From positions 54,932,001 to 54,996,000 of the forward strand of contig OX597816.1 of assembly GCA_951406725.2 (NCBI GenBank): a stretch of 64,000 nt of DNA, in the 5' to 3' direction. Each line of letters opens with the position of its first letter. Positions within the stretch are counted from its first letter, which is position 1. This document shows positions 1 through 13,973 of the stretch, one piece after another. Made by a program: the position numbers and the translations under genes. The stretch is from Octopus vulgaris. Taxonomy: Eukaryota. The notes beneath the pieces were generated by a model. The model was not told the origin of the DNA. It did no database searches and saw nothing but the letters and a program-made list of their open reading frames with translations.

Positions 1-1109
1 TGATATGCTGGAGCCTATTTCATGAACGAGATTTCACCCCTATATTTACAGATTTTCCTCGACATCAGATATCAAGAACAAGTTACTGTCAGGATGTAGA
101 AATATTAGTTTCAAATTTTGCACAATGCCAGTAATTTTTTTTGTGGGTGAGGAAAGGCTAAGTCAATTACTCCATAGTTAATTAAACGCTTAGCATCAAG
201 CGCCAAAATCCTGCGCTCAAAGATCTCTGCTCAGTTATCAATGTAATACATCAATATTAAGAAATGTTGTTGACTGACAACTTCTAAAGGTTGTAGGTTT
301 GTTTACATTCCCAGTAGAATTAATTCCCTTCTTCATTCACATCATTAGCAGTTTAATAAATACTGCACAGGCCTATTCACCTTTGCTTTAATTATACTGG
401 ACCAAAGCAGAAACACCAGTAGAGGGAGTGATTCGTCACAAAGAAATAATAATCGTACACTGTGAGCTCAGACTGTTTCACGTTCAGAAAAGATTATTTT
501 TGATCGAACAACCATTGAGAAGACCAAATACAAAACTAGCCATTTCAACGTATCCTTCATATCAAAGTTAAGAGTCATAGAATAATGGGATTTACTTTTC
601 GAAAGATATTTGAATTTATCAGATTAATAATTATGTAGTTAAACATGAGGTTTTATGAAGCAAGTGGGCTGGAATAAATAAACAAAAATGTACTAGCCGC
701 TTTTCAATGTATATATCTTAAACTAATGGCGTCTTTCTAGAGAAACGAAATGGTAAAATAAGTATTTTAATGTGCGGTGAGTTTCTGCAGCTAAAGCGAT
801 TTTACTTTGTTTATGCCACTTAAAACAGGATAAACATCGCGACCTCTCATTTCTTCTTCATGGGTCAATCCTATGTAAAAAATATTCATATTAACATTGA
901 CAGCCTTATTATTCTCGCAGAAGCTTTTGTTGTACGAAAATGGTAGAGCAATCATAACGTTCCACCTGAGGGAAAACCAATTGTCACAACTTGTAGTTAC
1001 CTTCAAACCTACTCGTATTGTCCACTTTTTTAACTTCCACCCTTCCTCTCTACCGCTTGTTACTTGGTCCAATGAGTATCTCACAACAAAAGCAAAATCT
1101 GACAACATT

Positions 1110-1496
1110 CTTTTCTACGCTGGGCACAATCCACGAAATTTTGGAGGAGGGGGGCCAGACAATTAGATCGACCCCAGTACGTAACTGGTGTTTAATTTAT
1201 CTACCCCGAATAAATGAAAGACAAAATCGACCTCGGTGGAATTTGAAATCAGAACGTAGTGGCAGACGAAATACCTATTTCTTTACTACCCACAAGGGGC
1301 TACACACAGAGAGGACAAACAAGGACAGACAAATGGATTAAGTCGATTATATCGACACCAGTGCGTAACTGGTACTTAATTTATCGACCCCGAAAGGGTG
1401 AAAGGCAAAGTCGACCTCGGCGGAATTTGAACTCAGAACGTAAAGATACGTGAAATACCGCCAGGCGTCCTAACGTTTCTGCCAGCTCGCCGCCTT
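1110..1496 (-). mobile_element. Octopus tRNA-derived SINE (internally duplicated type) with TSD
   Basis: Reverse complement of the element at 23945-24335 (GGCGGCGAGCTGGCAGAAACG...GAGTTCAAATTCCGCCGAGGTCGACTTTGCC); flanked by TCTGACAACATT at 1098-1109 and 1503-1514. Confidence 0.85.
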
Positions 1497-1741
1497 AAAA
1501 ATTCTGACAACATTGTAGCCTCAGGTATGGTTAATCGCAATAGTTCAACATTCTCCTAGTAGAACATATTTTAGTCCAAGAGTTTAGAATTTTTACGAGA
1601 GCTACACTAAGGAATTATGAACTCCTTGACGTTCCGTTGGTCATTAAGCACAGAAATGGAGTATGAGTATCACAATCAGGATAAAAGTTCAGTCTGCAGT
1701 CTCATCTGACCTCTCGTTATTTCAGTACTGTTCAATGAAGA

Positions 1742-2003
1742 CGCGTCGCTCGGTAGTTACGATATCCGGTTCATGATTGTATGGTTGTGTGTTCGATTCA
1801 CGGCAACACGTTGTTCAAGTCCACCCAGCTGGGAAAAATTGAGTTGTACCTGTATTCTGTGTCATGCTGAATCCACCCGAAAGCTACATCAATGGTTCGC
1901 GTGTTTGTGGAGTGCTCAGCCACTTGCACATTGATTTCATGAGCAAGCAGTTCTGTTGAGTGGATCAACTGGAACACGCGTCGTCGTAACCGACGGAGAC
2001 CCA
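1742..2003 (+). mobile_element. SINE, second family (tRNA head, tail ...GTCGTCGTAACCGACGGAG)
   Basis: B-box-like GTTCGATTC and a tail shared with the minus-strand copy near 16000. Confidence 0.6.
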
Positions 2004-2559
2004 CTGCAGTTCATAAAGGCTGCTCGATATTCCACATGGAATATCTGTCTACTTAACGTCACTCTTTAATGTTACAACATATCCTCTGTGGCTTATCCAT
2101 TTTTTTTTATTTTGAATTAGAATGACATATTTAAACAGAAGAAATCTGGATGCGTTCCTCAATTGAAATCTTTCCCATCTAAATTGGTTGATAAACCCTT
2201 TATTGGTTTCATAAATAGCCACTGTTTATATAACTGCCAACCTTAAGCTAATCGATAAATCGTGTGTGTGAGTGTGTGTGTATACACACAAACACACAAA
2301 TATATATATATATATATATATATATGCATGTATATAATTGCACTTTGCTCCATCATCTGACTCACAATATTTTCTCAGACATTCTATCGTTGCATGACGA
2401 TTGCAATTGGATTTCTGATGGTATGACAATCGATTTTCTTGTTGTTTCGTATCTTTTTATTTTTTTTAGTATTTTATTTGTCTTTTGTTGTCGAAGGATT
2501 AAAGGTAATTTATTCTATGAATATCAAATAGAACACAAGATTTCAAAGTGACAATTTAT

Positions 2560-3810
2560 TCAACGATTAGAAAGTAAAACAACAACCAAAACGGCCAAAA
2601 CCATTATAGTTCTTCTAGGAAAGAATCGAATCTTAATTTTGTAAGAAGAGAAAATAAGATCTTTTATATGTTTTAGCGATTTCTTTCTGTCCAGATGAAC
2701 AGCGTTTCGCTTGCCTTAGATTGAGTCTTGCTTTTATACAGTCTCTGTTGAATTAAAATCATCTTTGAATGTATGGGCTTGGGTGGGGTGGTAATTAGGT
2801 TTTAGTTCGGGTTGTTATGGAAAAGTGTTTTAGAAAATTAGGATTATGTTATTGTTTAGAATTTAACCATGCGTATAGAATATTTTCGAACAGCTAAACT
2901 TGTTAATAACTCACCAATTCCAATCCAACTACCTACACCATAAAGCATCCCCATTACATAAAAAATAAACACTATTGAAGCTTCACACTTTTACACTAAA
3001 CAAGTACTCTAGAAATAAGCTAAAACTGCCCCTATCTCCAACTAAAATCACCACAAAATATTGTCTAATAGAACTACACAAACCTACATACACACACACA
3101 CACGCATAAACCGTATACTTGTATACAAGCAAACTGAAAAAACTTTTCTTATGTCTTTTTTAAAAATATATTTTTGTTCCCATTTTTGTACAAGAATATA
3201 TGCACACCTTCTATATCAATCCTACATAAACGTATATGTAGAATAGAATTTTGAAGGAAACACTAAACAAACCCCACCTCCCTATATACTAACCAAATTA
3301 TGAACCTACAACCTCAACTTTTTATGGATATCAAAGCACATGAGAAACAATTTTCTAAACTAACAAGACCATGACATGCCTGAAAATAACCCCGACCTTA
3401 GAAATGGAAACAACAAATACTCTAAATCACAACAACAACAAGTAAATGAACAACCCTCCTAAACTTACCTCTTACCTATACTATTTCGTGAAATAAAGCT
3501 GAAACATCTTAAATACTGAACTTTGTACCTTTGACCTTTACACTGATTAAATTCAATAATACAAAAACACTCTTCGTACCTATCAAGCAAACGAGAAACA
3601 CCTACAGGCTTGTTTACAAAGTTCTACATTCATGAATAAATTCTAAACAAGATACAAATTTAATCAAAGTCTTTTTTTTCTTTTTCCAAAATACCTTTCC
3701 ATAACAACCGACCATAAAAACCCTAATTGCCATCCCTCTCAGACCCACACATCCAAAGATGATTTTTAACTCAACAGAGATTATAAAAAGGCAAGACTTC
3801 CCCTTCGTGT
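2560..3810. mobile_element. Degenerate Penelope-like element fragments in inverted arrangement
   Basis: About 2720-2900 is a diverged reverse complement of about 3600-3800; a related sequence lies at 52560-53100; bordered by microsatellites. Family call is inference. Confidence 0.45.
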
Positions 3811-3842
3811 ATAATATTAACACACACATATAATATATATAG

Positions 3843-3879
<37 letters not shown>

Positions 3880-3945
3880 TGTATGTATGTATGTATGTAT
3901 GTATGTATGTATATGTATGTATGTATGTATGTATGTATATGTACG

Positions 3946-3988
<43 letters not shown>

Positions 3989-4247
3989 ATATACATACAC
4001 TCACACGTGTATACCAATACTACTTATTTTAATTAATCTCCTTTAGCTCGACTTCAGCCGTAATTTGAAAGATTTACAAGGACACGTCCCAATTTTGACG
4101 ATCTTGTTTTGGCACCAATCAAGTATCTAGGGTTATATCAACCAGTCTGTCTGTCTTTCGCTTTGTCGATTGTAAGATTTTTGGGTATATTTGGCTCCTA
4201 ATTTCAGCAGATATGACTTCTATATAAAGGCACCGCAAACATTGTAC

Positions 4248-4305
<58 letters not shown>

Positions 4306-6411
4306 GCGCGCGTGTGTGTGCATGTATGCCTGAGTAGAATGAATAGCAGTCGTATATGTAATCCGTGTGAACAGAGCAACGAAGGAGCTTTACTTAATCG
4401 ATCTTTTGTTTTCCAGTCCTGTCAAGAACTTAATTTCTGAAGACTTAATCAACACTTAATCGATGACTAGGTGTATCATTGAGCGGGTTAAAGTAGACGA
4501 GAGGTAAATGAAATGATTGTTTTCGTGTGGGATCGATCTCACGTTGATAAGTGAAAATGTTGATCTCAACTTTCTGCTATGCAGTCATCTATCGATTAAT
4601 ATTATTTATTGATATCAGATAACTACCTTAAAGGGCCAAGAAACAACCTCTACATATTATCCAGACTGCAGTCAGCTATAATCATTACTGATCAACACGA
4701 TCGATGAAAGCTTTGTTGTCTTTTCATCAGCCTAAACACGGGTAAGATCTTGTAACAATGTAAAAACATGCAATTTCAAGCAGATACCTTAATGAGTTTA
4801 TAATTAACATTTCATTTGTCAATTTTACTATTGAATGTTGAATGACACCGCTAGAATAAACTGCCGTTCAAACCGAAAAGATGCCGGTAGGTTGTAATGA
4901 ATGTAATCTAATAACAATATGTCTTAATAGAATTTCAAAAAATCTTTTCGCTGAATGGAGTCATCAAATCACGGAAGGCATTCATATAAGCTTTGGATAT
5001 TCGGTCAAGCAGCAAGTAAATAATAACAAACTTGATTATAAAACATTTTAATGACCAATTAAAACATTCTAATTCAGAAGAAGGACTTTGTTGATGTAGG
5101 ATATCTTTTGATTAAATCATTTTCTGTGTGCGTCAAGGGAAATGCAAAGCGAAACTCCGAACCCCAAACCCCATTCAGGTGACGCCTGAATGGCTTTTCG
5201 TGGGGGTTTACGATTGAGTCACAGAAGGAAGGGCATCATCCATGTCTGAAGAGAATGGTAGAAATAAGAGAGGGAGCTATCGTCACGCAAGAGACCTGAT
5301 CTGGGTGTTCGTAACACTAGCCTCCTTAATGTACATTCAAGTGTTGGGGATGATGCCAAACCACGCAAGATTTACATATAAACAGTCAGCAACGGTTTGC
5401 AGTAGAAGAGAGAAAAATAAACTTCCTATCTCGTTTCGATATATTACATAATGAGGTTACGCCGCAGGTGAAAATGGTGGCTTCATTACCTAATGTATTA
5501 CGGTAGGTGGGGGCTGTGTGCTGATTTTGCTTCAGTTATTATCACGCTTCGAAGCGTTTTTTAGTTTATAAAATGTGGGAGGGTTTGTGCCTTACGTTAT
5601 ACAATCACTCTGATAGGTCACTTTACTATTTCCAACTTCTTTCTACATTTCACTCGAAAGTATCTACTTATCCTGCGGGCTGTGACATGAGATACTCAGC
5701 AACGTTGTTAAATATGGAGTAAATAATATAATCTTTACACATTTGAGACATGTAGAACTTAAGGAAAATGGAAAAAAATAATACAATGAAAACATTTTAC
5801 ATCTACCAAAATTACAAAATGCATCACAGATTTTATATTTTATGCCTACCAAAGAATAATGTTGCGTGAACTAAAACAATTATTATCTTCATTTTTAAAA
5901 ACTATTTTCATAATTGTGTGATATATCTCAGCGTGTCAGTGCCGTGTGTATCCTAATCAACAGATAATGCTGGGTGTATTAACAGTACTGATGACCCTAG
6001 GGTCAACATAAGTTGTACAAAGAGATATATGTCTACGTGTATGCATATATATATATATAAACATACAGATATGTATATGTGTATATGTAAATATGTATGT
6101 TTATACAGAGAGAGAGAGAGACACGAATGCAGTTATATACATACACACACATAGGCACTCAATCGCAAAAGCAAAACAACAACATATCACCATTCATATG
6201 ACTTGCACCCTGTCACCTTCCTATTCTTAGATCTCTCCCCTCCAACCTTGTTTGAACTCCTGAACTTTCTAGAATCTTCTACATTCAACCATTTTTGACG
6301 TCACTGTTTATAACGGAATATTTTAAAGAAACGCTCATTATCGCTATGGACTCCGTGTGGGTAGCCATCTAAGAGTTTTTGTTCATCTTGATGCTGACAT
6401 AAGTTCCTTGT

Positions 6412-6494
6412 TTTTCCTGATGAGAAGGCGGCATAATGCACCCCTTAATCCTTCGAAATTAGGAATATGCAGCCTTCGAAACATATGTCGAGAA
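6412..6494 (+). ncRNA. Type I minimal hammerhead ribozyme (Penelope pLTR type)
   Basis: TTTTC-CTGATGA-GAAGGC...GCCTTC-GAAAC-ATAT-GTC-GAGAA: full core, 6-bp+ stem II, palindromic stem III loop, stem I TTTTC/GAGAA. Confidence 0.75.
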
Positions 6495-6535
6495 TAAAGG
6501 AATTTTGTTAAATCGTCGTTCAACTACATTCTTTC

Positions 6536-6569
<34 letters not shown>

Positions 6570-6579
<10 letters not shown>

Positions 6580-6730
6580 AAAGCAGCAAAACTGTCCGAC
6601 GGATGGGAACGTGGAAATCTGAGTAACAGTTTTTGTGATATTTCTGCTGCTTTTTGATAAAGCATATTACTCTACCTCTGGTATTCGAGTAATATTTTTT
6701 CTACCTCTTTCGCATTTATGCACTTACTCC

Positions 6731-6774
<44 letters not shown>

Positions 6775-6845
6775 TATACATATTAGAACATATATATATT
6801 GCAAACAAAACAGGGGAGATGGAATATAAGAAAATTTATTATGTA

Positions 6846-6906
<61 letters not shown>

Positions 6907-7070
6907 TTTATTAAAAAGCTGCAAAACTGTCCCACGAACGTGAACGTGAAAGTCTGAATAACAGTTCTTGTGATATTTCTGCTGCCTTTTGATAAAGCAT
7001 ATTACTCTACCTCTGGTATTCGAGTACTCATTTTTCCACCTTGTTTCGCATTTATGTGCTTACTCCGCTA
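6570..7070 (+). repeat. Two diverged tandem ~165-bp pLTR-like units separated by (TA)n
   Basis: About 6571-6733 and 6908-7070 share GTGATATTTCTGCTGC...GATAAAGCATATTACTCTACCTCTGGTATTCGAGTA; each carries a decayed hammerhead-like core. Confidence 0.7.
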
Positions 7071-7086
7071 TATATATATATATATT

Positions 7087-7173
<87 letters not shown>

Positions 7174-7224
7174 GTACATTCTGTCGTGTCTAGGGAGAGT
7201 CATTCTCTTTTAAATACATATATT

Positions 7225-7808
7225 CTTTTATTCTTTTACTTATTTCAGACATTTGACTGCGGCCATACTGGAAGGCTTTTAGTCGAACTAATCGATCCCA
7301 GAACTTACTCTTTCTATGCCTAGTACATATTCTATCAGGCTCTTTTGCCGAACCGCTAAGTTACCGGGACGTAAAAACATCATCTTCGGTTGTCAGGTGA
7401 TGGTGGGCGACAACAAAGACACGAACACAGAAATACATATAAATGTAAGTCATTTGTTTTTAGTTTTACTTATTCAGTCATTTCACTGCGGTCATGCTGG
7501 AGCAGCGCCTTTAGTCGAACAAATCAGCCCCAAGATTTCTTCTTTGCAAGCCTAGTACGTATTCTATAGGTCTCTTTGTTGAACTGCTAAGTTACGCGGA
7601 CGTAAACACACCAGCATAGGTTGTCAAGCGAGGGGGGGGGACAAACACATACACACACAAATATATATATATTTATTTATACAACGAGCTTCTTTCAACA
7701 AATCCACTCACAAGGCTTCGGTCGGCCCGAGGCTATTGTAGAAGTCACCTGCCAAAGGTGACACGCAGTGGAACTGAAGCCAGAACCTCTTACTACTCAG
7801 CCACGCTG
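7225..7808 (-). mobile_element. Octopus SINE cluster (head GGCTGTGTGGTAAGTAGCTTG type)
   Basis: Same family as 9632-9768 (+), 15075-15350 (+) and 21905-22146 (-); shared CCGAACCGCTAAGTTACG and GGTCGGCCCGAGGCTAT blocks. Confidence 0.75.
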
Positions 7809-8894
7809 AGCTTCTCTCTCTCTCTCTGGGACAACAAAAACGAAGGCAGGACGAGAATCTTAAATCATTTAGAATATTTAATCAGAGTAATGAAATTCAC
7901 CTTACGCTAATTAAATGTTCCAAATGATTTGAGATACGTCTCCTGCTTTGGGCTTTGTCCTTTTTCCTCTAATATAATATATACCTGCTAATACGGAATC
8001 CTATTACAGATCCCTAGCTCCAGCCTCAGTTGTGAAATTAGAACCTAACGGATGACCGATTATAGCACTTACATAGCGTACCTATTCGTTTAGATCATCA
8101 GCGAACTAAACACCTCATGTTATACACACACACACACACACACACATACATACACACACACACACATGCACACACACACACAAGAACGCAAAACATCCAG
8201 ACAGGTGATACAAAAAAGGGACAACAAAACATCCAGATAGATGATACAAAGAAAAGAAGGACAGGTCATTCAGAGTGTTCTTTCCTCAGTCGAGTTCCAG
8301 ACTATCTTTGCAATTTCGGCTGGTTATACTCAAGATTGCTCCAAGGAAAAACTAAGCTAAGATCATTAGATTCCTTGGAAGAAAGCAGCGAATGTATACG
8401 GAAACAAGGACGGAAAAAAATGGAGAATGTTACACAAATACAAATAAAAGGACATAACAACTGGTATATTTCGACTAAGGACGAATTAAATTAAGCTGGC
8501 ATGTTTGGAAATAAGCCTTACGGCAGGGATACAGGGTTTCACAGGCACAGGGAGGAATTTAGATGCTGCACGGCCGACGGCCGAACTAAGAAGGAAGGAT
8601 CAAGCTTGGCCAAACATCGGTCACGTGGGGGGAGAAGAGAGAGAGGTAGAGGCAGAAGGACATAAAAATTAATGAGGGGCGAGAAAAACTGACAGGAACA
8701 CAGTGAAGTCAAAAGAGGAGGGAAAGTGAGCAAGAAGAGAAGGCAGTGAAATGTGAGAGGGGGGAACGAAAGAACGAAGGGTGTAATGAATAAGCGTGAA
8801 AGGGATGACAGAAAGAAAGAATATAGTCGTACAAGATTTAGATAAATATATACTTACATATAAGAGACCAAAGTGTACGTACGCCGCTATATAT

Positions 8895-8948
<54 letters not shown>

Positions 8949-9197
8949 GAGTCATCTTTACTTTGTTATCTCCCCTACTTTCCCCCTCTCGTGTGTGACC
9001 CCTCTGTCCGAGTCAGTCGCCATGCTAGATCATTAGCCACTACACACCTCTTTTTTCTCTCCTTGTTTTTTCTGTGTCCCTTTCTGTAGAAGAGCGTAGG
9101 CTGGAAACGTAAAATACGTTTTCTATTCCTGAGCGTTATACTAATACATCTGTTGTTTTGTACACCACCTGTCTTCTTTTGTTTTTTTCGTAAACTC

Positions 9198-9241
<44 letters not shown>

Positions 9242-9265
9242 AAATGGGACAAGAATGCAAAATAT

Positions 9266-9319
<54 letters not shown>

Positions 9320-9631
9320 GTATGTAGGTGATGCATGACAAATCAAATTCAGTCAAACATGGATAATATATTATATATTCTTTAGATAAACACAGTTGCT
9401 CACTATCGATCGTTGTATTGGTATACGCTTAATTGATGAGACAGGTGTTCTAACTGACGGCTATATTGTAAACGAATTATAGTGTCCTTATTATAATATT
9501 CCTTTCCTAATGCATAAAATTGCGTTGCAAAGTCTATAATTAGAATATTCAAATAGCTGCCATATTAATGAAATTTAAATCATAAAACTATTCCGTCATT
9601 TTATCAGATGTTTTCCATGTCTTTTCCATAT

Positions 9632-9766
9632 AGGCGTATGAGTGGCTGTGTGGTAAGTAGCTTGCTTACCAACGAAATGGTTCCGGGTTCAGTCCCACTG
9701 CGTGCCTCGGGCCGACCAAAGCCTTCTGAGTGGATTTGGTAGACGGAAACTGAATGAAGCCCGTCG

Positions 9767-9768
<2 letters not shown>
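9632..9768 (+). mobile_element. SINE 5' part
   Basis: GGCGTATGAGTGGCTGTGTGGTAAGTAGCTTGC...GGTTCAGTCCC (A/B boxes). Confidence 0.8.
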
Positions 9769-9819
<51 letters not shown>

Positions 9820-9847
9820 GTGTATGCTTGTGAAAGTACGTGGTTGA

Positions 9848-10364
9848 ATATATAGAAAATAGTAAAAAGTGAAAAAACTACAGAAGGCTTGTTTTAAAAG
9901 GTTAAAGAATATATTTTTAAGTCAATATGTCTGAAGAATATTATAAACTTTTTTCTTACAATGACATAGTTTAGAAGAAAGACCGGTTTCGCGTTTAGCT
10001 TTTCAAATTGCTTACGTCGTTATGTTTATGTTGAGAAGAGTTATCGTTATGTTTATGTTGAAAAGAGTTCTAAATAAGGGGAGGTAATAAGGGATTTCTT
10101 CCGGTGTAAGGGAGATAATCGCTTAAATTTTTTTCCTTTCCTTTGGGGTGAATTTCCTGTATAACATAAACATAACGATAACTCTTCTCAACATAAACAT
10201 AACGACGTAAGAAATTTGAAAAGCTAAACGCGAAACCGGTCTTTCTTCTAAACTATGTCATTGTAAGAAAAGAATTAATAATATTCTTCAGACATATTGA
10301 CTTAAATATATATTTTTTAACCTTTTAAAACAAGCCTTCTGTAGTTTTTTCACTTTTTGCTATT

Positions 10365-10374
<10 letters not shown>
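9848..10374. repeat. Long inverted repeat (about 212-bp arms), Penelope pLTR-like, TA-flanked
   Basis: 9848-10059 is a close reverse complement of 10163-10374; spacer about 103 bp. Confidence 0.9.
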
Positions 10375-10446
<72 letters not shown>

Positions 10447-10447
10447 C

Positions 10448-10535
<88 letters not shown>

Positions 10536-10861
10536 ATTCTCATTGAATACAATAAGCCCAATATTATTCTATTGGTCTTTTGCCGAACCGCTAAGTTACG
10601 GGGACGTAAACACACCAGCATCGTTTGTCAACATATGCATGTGTGTGTATAGGTTTGTGCGTCTGTGTTTGTCCCCTAACATCGCTTGACAAACGATGCT
10701 GCTGTGTTTATGTCCTCGTAACTTAGCGGATCGGCAAAAGACCAATAGAATAAGTATTATGCTTACAAAGAATAAGACCAAGGGTCGATTTGCTCGATTA
10801 AAGCTGATGCTTGGCCTGCTGAATGTTGAAAATATAAATTCACCCTACTACAATGCCTCCG

Positions 10862-10904
<43 letters not shown>

Positions 10905-10947
10905 ATTGAAGAAATGGAGTTGAACGAAGATTGAACAGAAATCGTTT

Positions 10948-11039
10948 TATTTCATTCTACACGTGTTTCGAAAGGCACAATTTACCAAATTCCGATTGAA
11001 TAATGAGACCATATGTGTCTTTCTCTTCAGGAAGAAATA
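10948..11039 (-). ncRNA. Hammerhead ribozyme (Penelope type), copy 1
   Basis: Minus strand: TATTTCTTC-CTGAAGA-GAAAGACACA...TGTGCCTTTC-GAAAC-ACGT-GTA-GAATGAAATA. Confidence 0.75.
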
Positions 11040-11859
11040 GGAAATCCGTTGGAAAAAACAAAAACAGAACAGAGGCGGAGCAAAACAAATCGAACTAGGC
11101 TCCTAAGAGCCCATGGCCAAACTGTTTATCAGTGTATGTTGAAAACGGGTGGTGGGTGCGTTGAAGATTTTAACGGGTCAGGCAGCGGTCATTCCGGTGG
11201 GTGAGGGCACGGGATGTGTAGATGTTCTTTGTGACCGAGAGTAAAGTTCTGACTATTTAAAGAATATTAGATGTATTATATGGGGCGAGACATGTGTGTG
11301 TTTACTGTTCTATATATGTGTGCGGGCGCAAGTTGGTAAGAAGCGCTACATTCTGGTCACTGCTGAGAAATCCGTCAAGGGGTAGAAAACATTTTATGTG
11401 TACGTGTGTGCGTTTGATCGCGCGGCTGTCAGTTGGTAAACAGCTCTACACAATGGTCACTGCTGTAAAATCCGTCGGGCGGCAGAAAAATATTTTATGT
11501 GTGCGTGTGTTCGTCTAATCATGCCTTGTCAAAGAAACCCCCCGTCGTCAAAAACAAAGCCCCATTCATCTCACAGGGGTAATTTCCCTTGCAATGGTTA
11601 ATCATATTTCTCTGAAAGGCCTTTTCAGAATTTATTACCAAGGGCTATTTTCATATAAGTAGTGTAACCGGGTGCAGGTATTATTTATAAGCGTTATTTA
11701 TAATGCTTATAAATAATAATTCAATTATCCGCACCAACGCACGGTTGCAACACCATATGGTTGTACCTCCAACCGTGCTGTCTTCTGCTGTGATTTTTGC
11801 TACCAAGGTATCGGTTAAACTTTTGATTAATCTGCAACAAGATTTTTCATCTAATATTT

Positions 11860-11952
<93 letters not shown>

Positions 11953-11961
11953 GTATATATC

Positions 11962-12045
<84 letters not shown>

Positions 12046-12370
12046 ATTCTCATTGAATACAATAAGCCCAATATTATTCTATTGGTCTTTTGCCGAACCG
12101 CTAAGTTACGGGGACGTAAACACACCAGCATCGTTTGTCAACATATGCATGTGTGTGTATAGGTTTGTGCGTCTGTGTTTGTCCCCTAACATCGCTTGAC
12201 AAACGATGCTGCTGTGTTTATGTCCTCGTAACTTAGCGGATCGGCAAAAGACCAATAGAATAAGTATTATGCTTACAAAGAATAAGACCAAGGGTCGATT
12301 TGCTCGATTAAAGCTGATGCTTGGCCTGCTGAATGTTGAAAATATAAATTCACCCTACTACAATGCCTCC

Positions 12371-12411
<41 letters not shown>

Positions 12412-12454
12412 ATTGAAGAAATGGAGTTGAACGAAGATTGAACAGAAATCGTTT

Positions 12455-12546
12455 TATTTCATTCTACACGTGTTTCGAAAGGCACAATTTACCAAATTCC
12501 GATTGAATAATGAGACCATATGTGTCTTTCTCTTCAGGAAGAAATA
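12455..12546 (-). ncRNA. Hammerhead ribozyme (Penelope type), copy 2
   Basis: Duplicate of 10948-11039 at offset 1507. Confidence 0.75.
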
Positions 12547-13215
12547 GGAAATCCGTTGGAAAAAACAAAAACAGAACAGAGGCGGAGCAAAACAAATCGA
12601 ACTAGGCTCCTAAGAGCCCATGGCCAAACTGTTTATCAGTGTATGTTGAAAACGGGTGGTGGGTGCGTTGAAGATTTTAACGGGTCAGGCAGCGGTCATT
12701 CCGGTGGGTGAGGGCACGGGATGTGTAGATGTTCTTTGTGACCGAGAGTAAAGTTCTGACTATTTAAAGAATATTAGATGTATTATATGGGGCGAGACAT
12801 GTGTGTGTTTACTGTTCTATATATGTGTGCGGGCGCAAGTTGGTAAGAAGCGCTACATTCTGGTCACTGCTGAGAAATCCGTCAAGGGGTAGAAAACATT
12901 TTATGTGTACGTGTGTGCGTTTGATCGCGCGGCTGTCAGTTGGTAAACAATGGTTAATCATATTTCTCTTAAAGGCTTTTTCAGAATTTATTACCAAGGG
13001 CTATTTTCATATAAGTAGTGTAACCGGGTGCAGGTATTATTTATAAGCGTTATTTATAATGCTTATAAATAATAATTCAATTATCCGCACCAACGCACGG
13101 TTGCAACACCATATGGTTGTACCTCCAACCGTGCTGTCTTCTGCTGTGATTTTTGCTACCAAGGTATCGGTTAAACTTTTGATTAATCTGCAACAAGATT
13201 TTTCATCTAATATTT

Positions 13216-13291
<76 letters not shown>

Positions 13292-13942
13292 GTTAATCAG
13301 ATATATTCAATGAGAATACAATATACTGAATTTAGTTCTCTTGGCAGGGAAATGTCTAAAACCTTAAATGTATTTAGCAATTTATTAAGAGCGATTATTT
13401 ATCATAATGTAAACGGCTATTTTTACATTTGCATAAAATATAACAATGATATCTTCCAGTTTTGTATATACAACTATAAAACCAAAAGTTTACATTTATT
13501 TTCTGCATTTATGGATCAAACATTGAAGAGAATGGAATAATGCGATTTATATTTACACACACCCATTATGGTATACTGCTGAGGATTTTACCACGGATGT
13601 ATATTATTTCTTCAAAATTTTTAGCACAAGATTGTACCAACATACACCTATGCCAATAACTTTTTTAAACATCTTTTTCATATATTTTAAAATAACATTC
13701 GATTAACTACACAGAGATACGCCCTTTTTCTCCAACGAGTGGATGTATTAACTAATAAAGTTTAAAAAATTTAGATTTCATTTCAAAGTGTAATACATTC
13801 ATGAAACGATCGTAAGATATTTAAATTTTTAAAAATAATCATACTTTATATATTTATGTATCTATGTGTTTATACAATATTATTTTGGACGTATGTCTTC
13901 TGTGATAATTCTTTGATGTGATTTTCCTGCTCTTACTTTATG

Positions 13943-13973
<31 letters not shown>

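Larger units (their letters stand above)
10531..13220 (+). repeat. Recent tandem duplication (10531-11860 and 12041-13220)
   Basis: Near-identical copies bounded by (TA)n; copy 2 lacks 11443-11593 (151 bp) and differs by a few substitutions. Confidence 0.92.

Noticed and set aside
791-1108. 105-aa minus-strand ORF (CDNWFS) as a gene or transposase
   Set aside because: Only a vague motif resemblance; it starts at a SINE boundary and has no supporting exons or termini.
5167-5209. Small hairpin CCATTCAGG-TGACG-CCTGAATGG with outer AAACCCC/GGGGTTT
   Set aside because: Isolated and short with no recognisable RNA or TE family; could be chance or an unidentifiable TE end.
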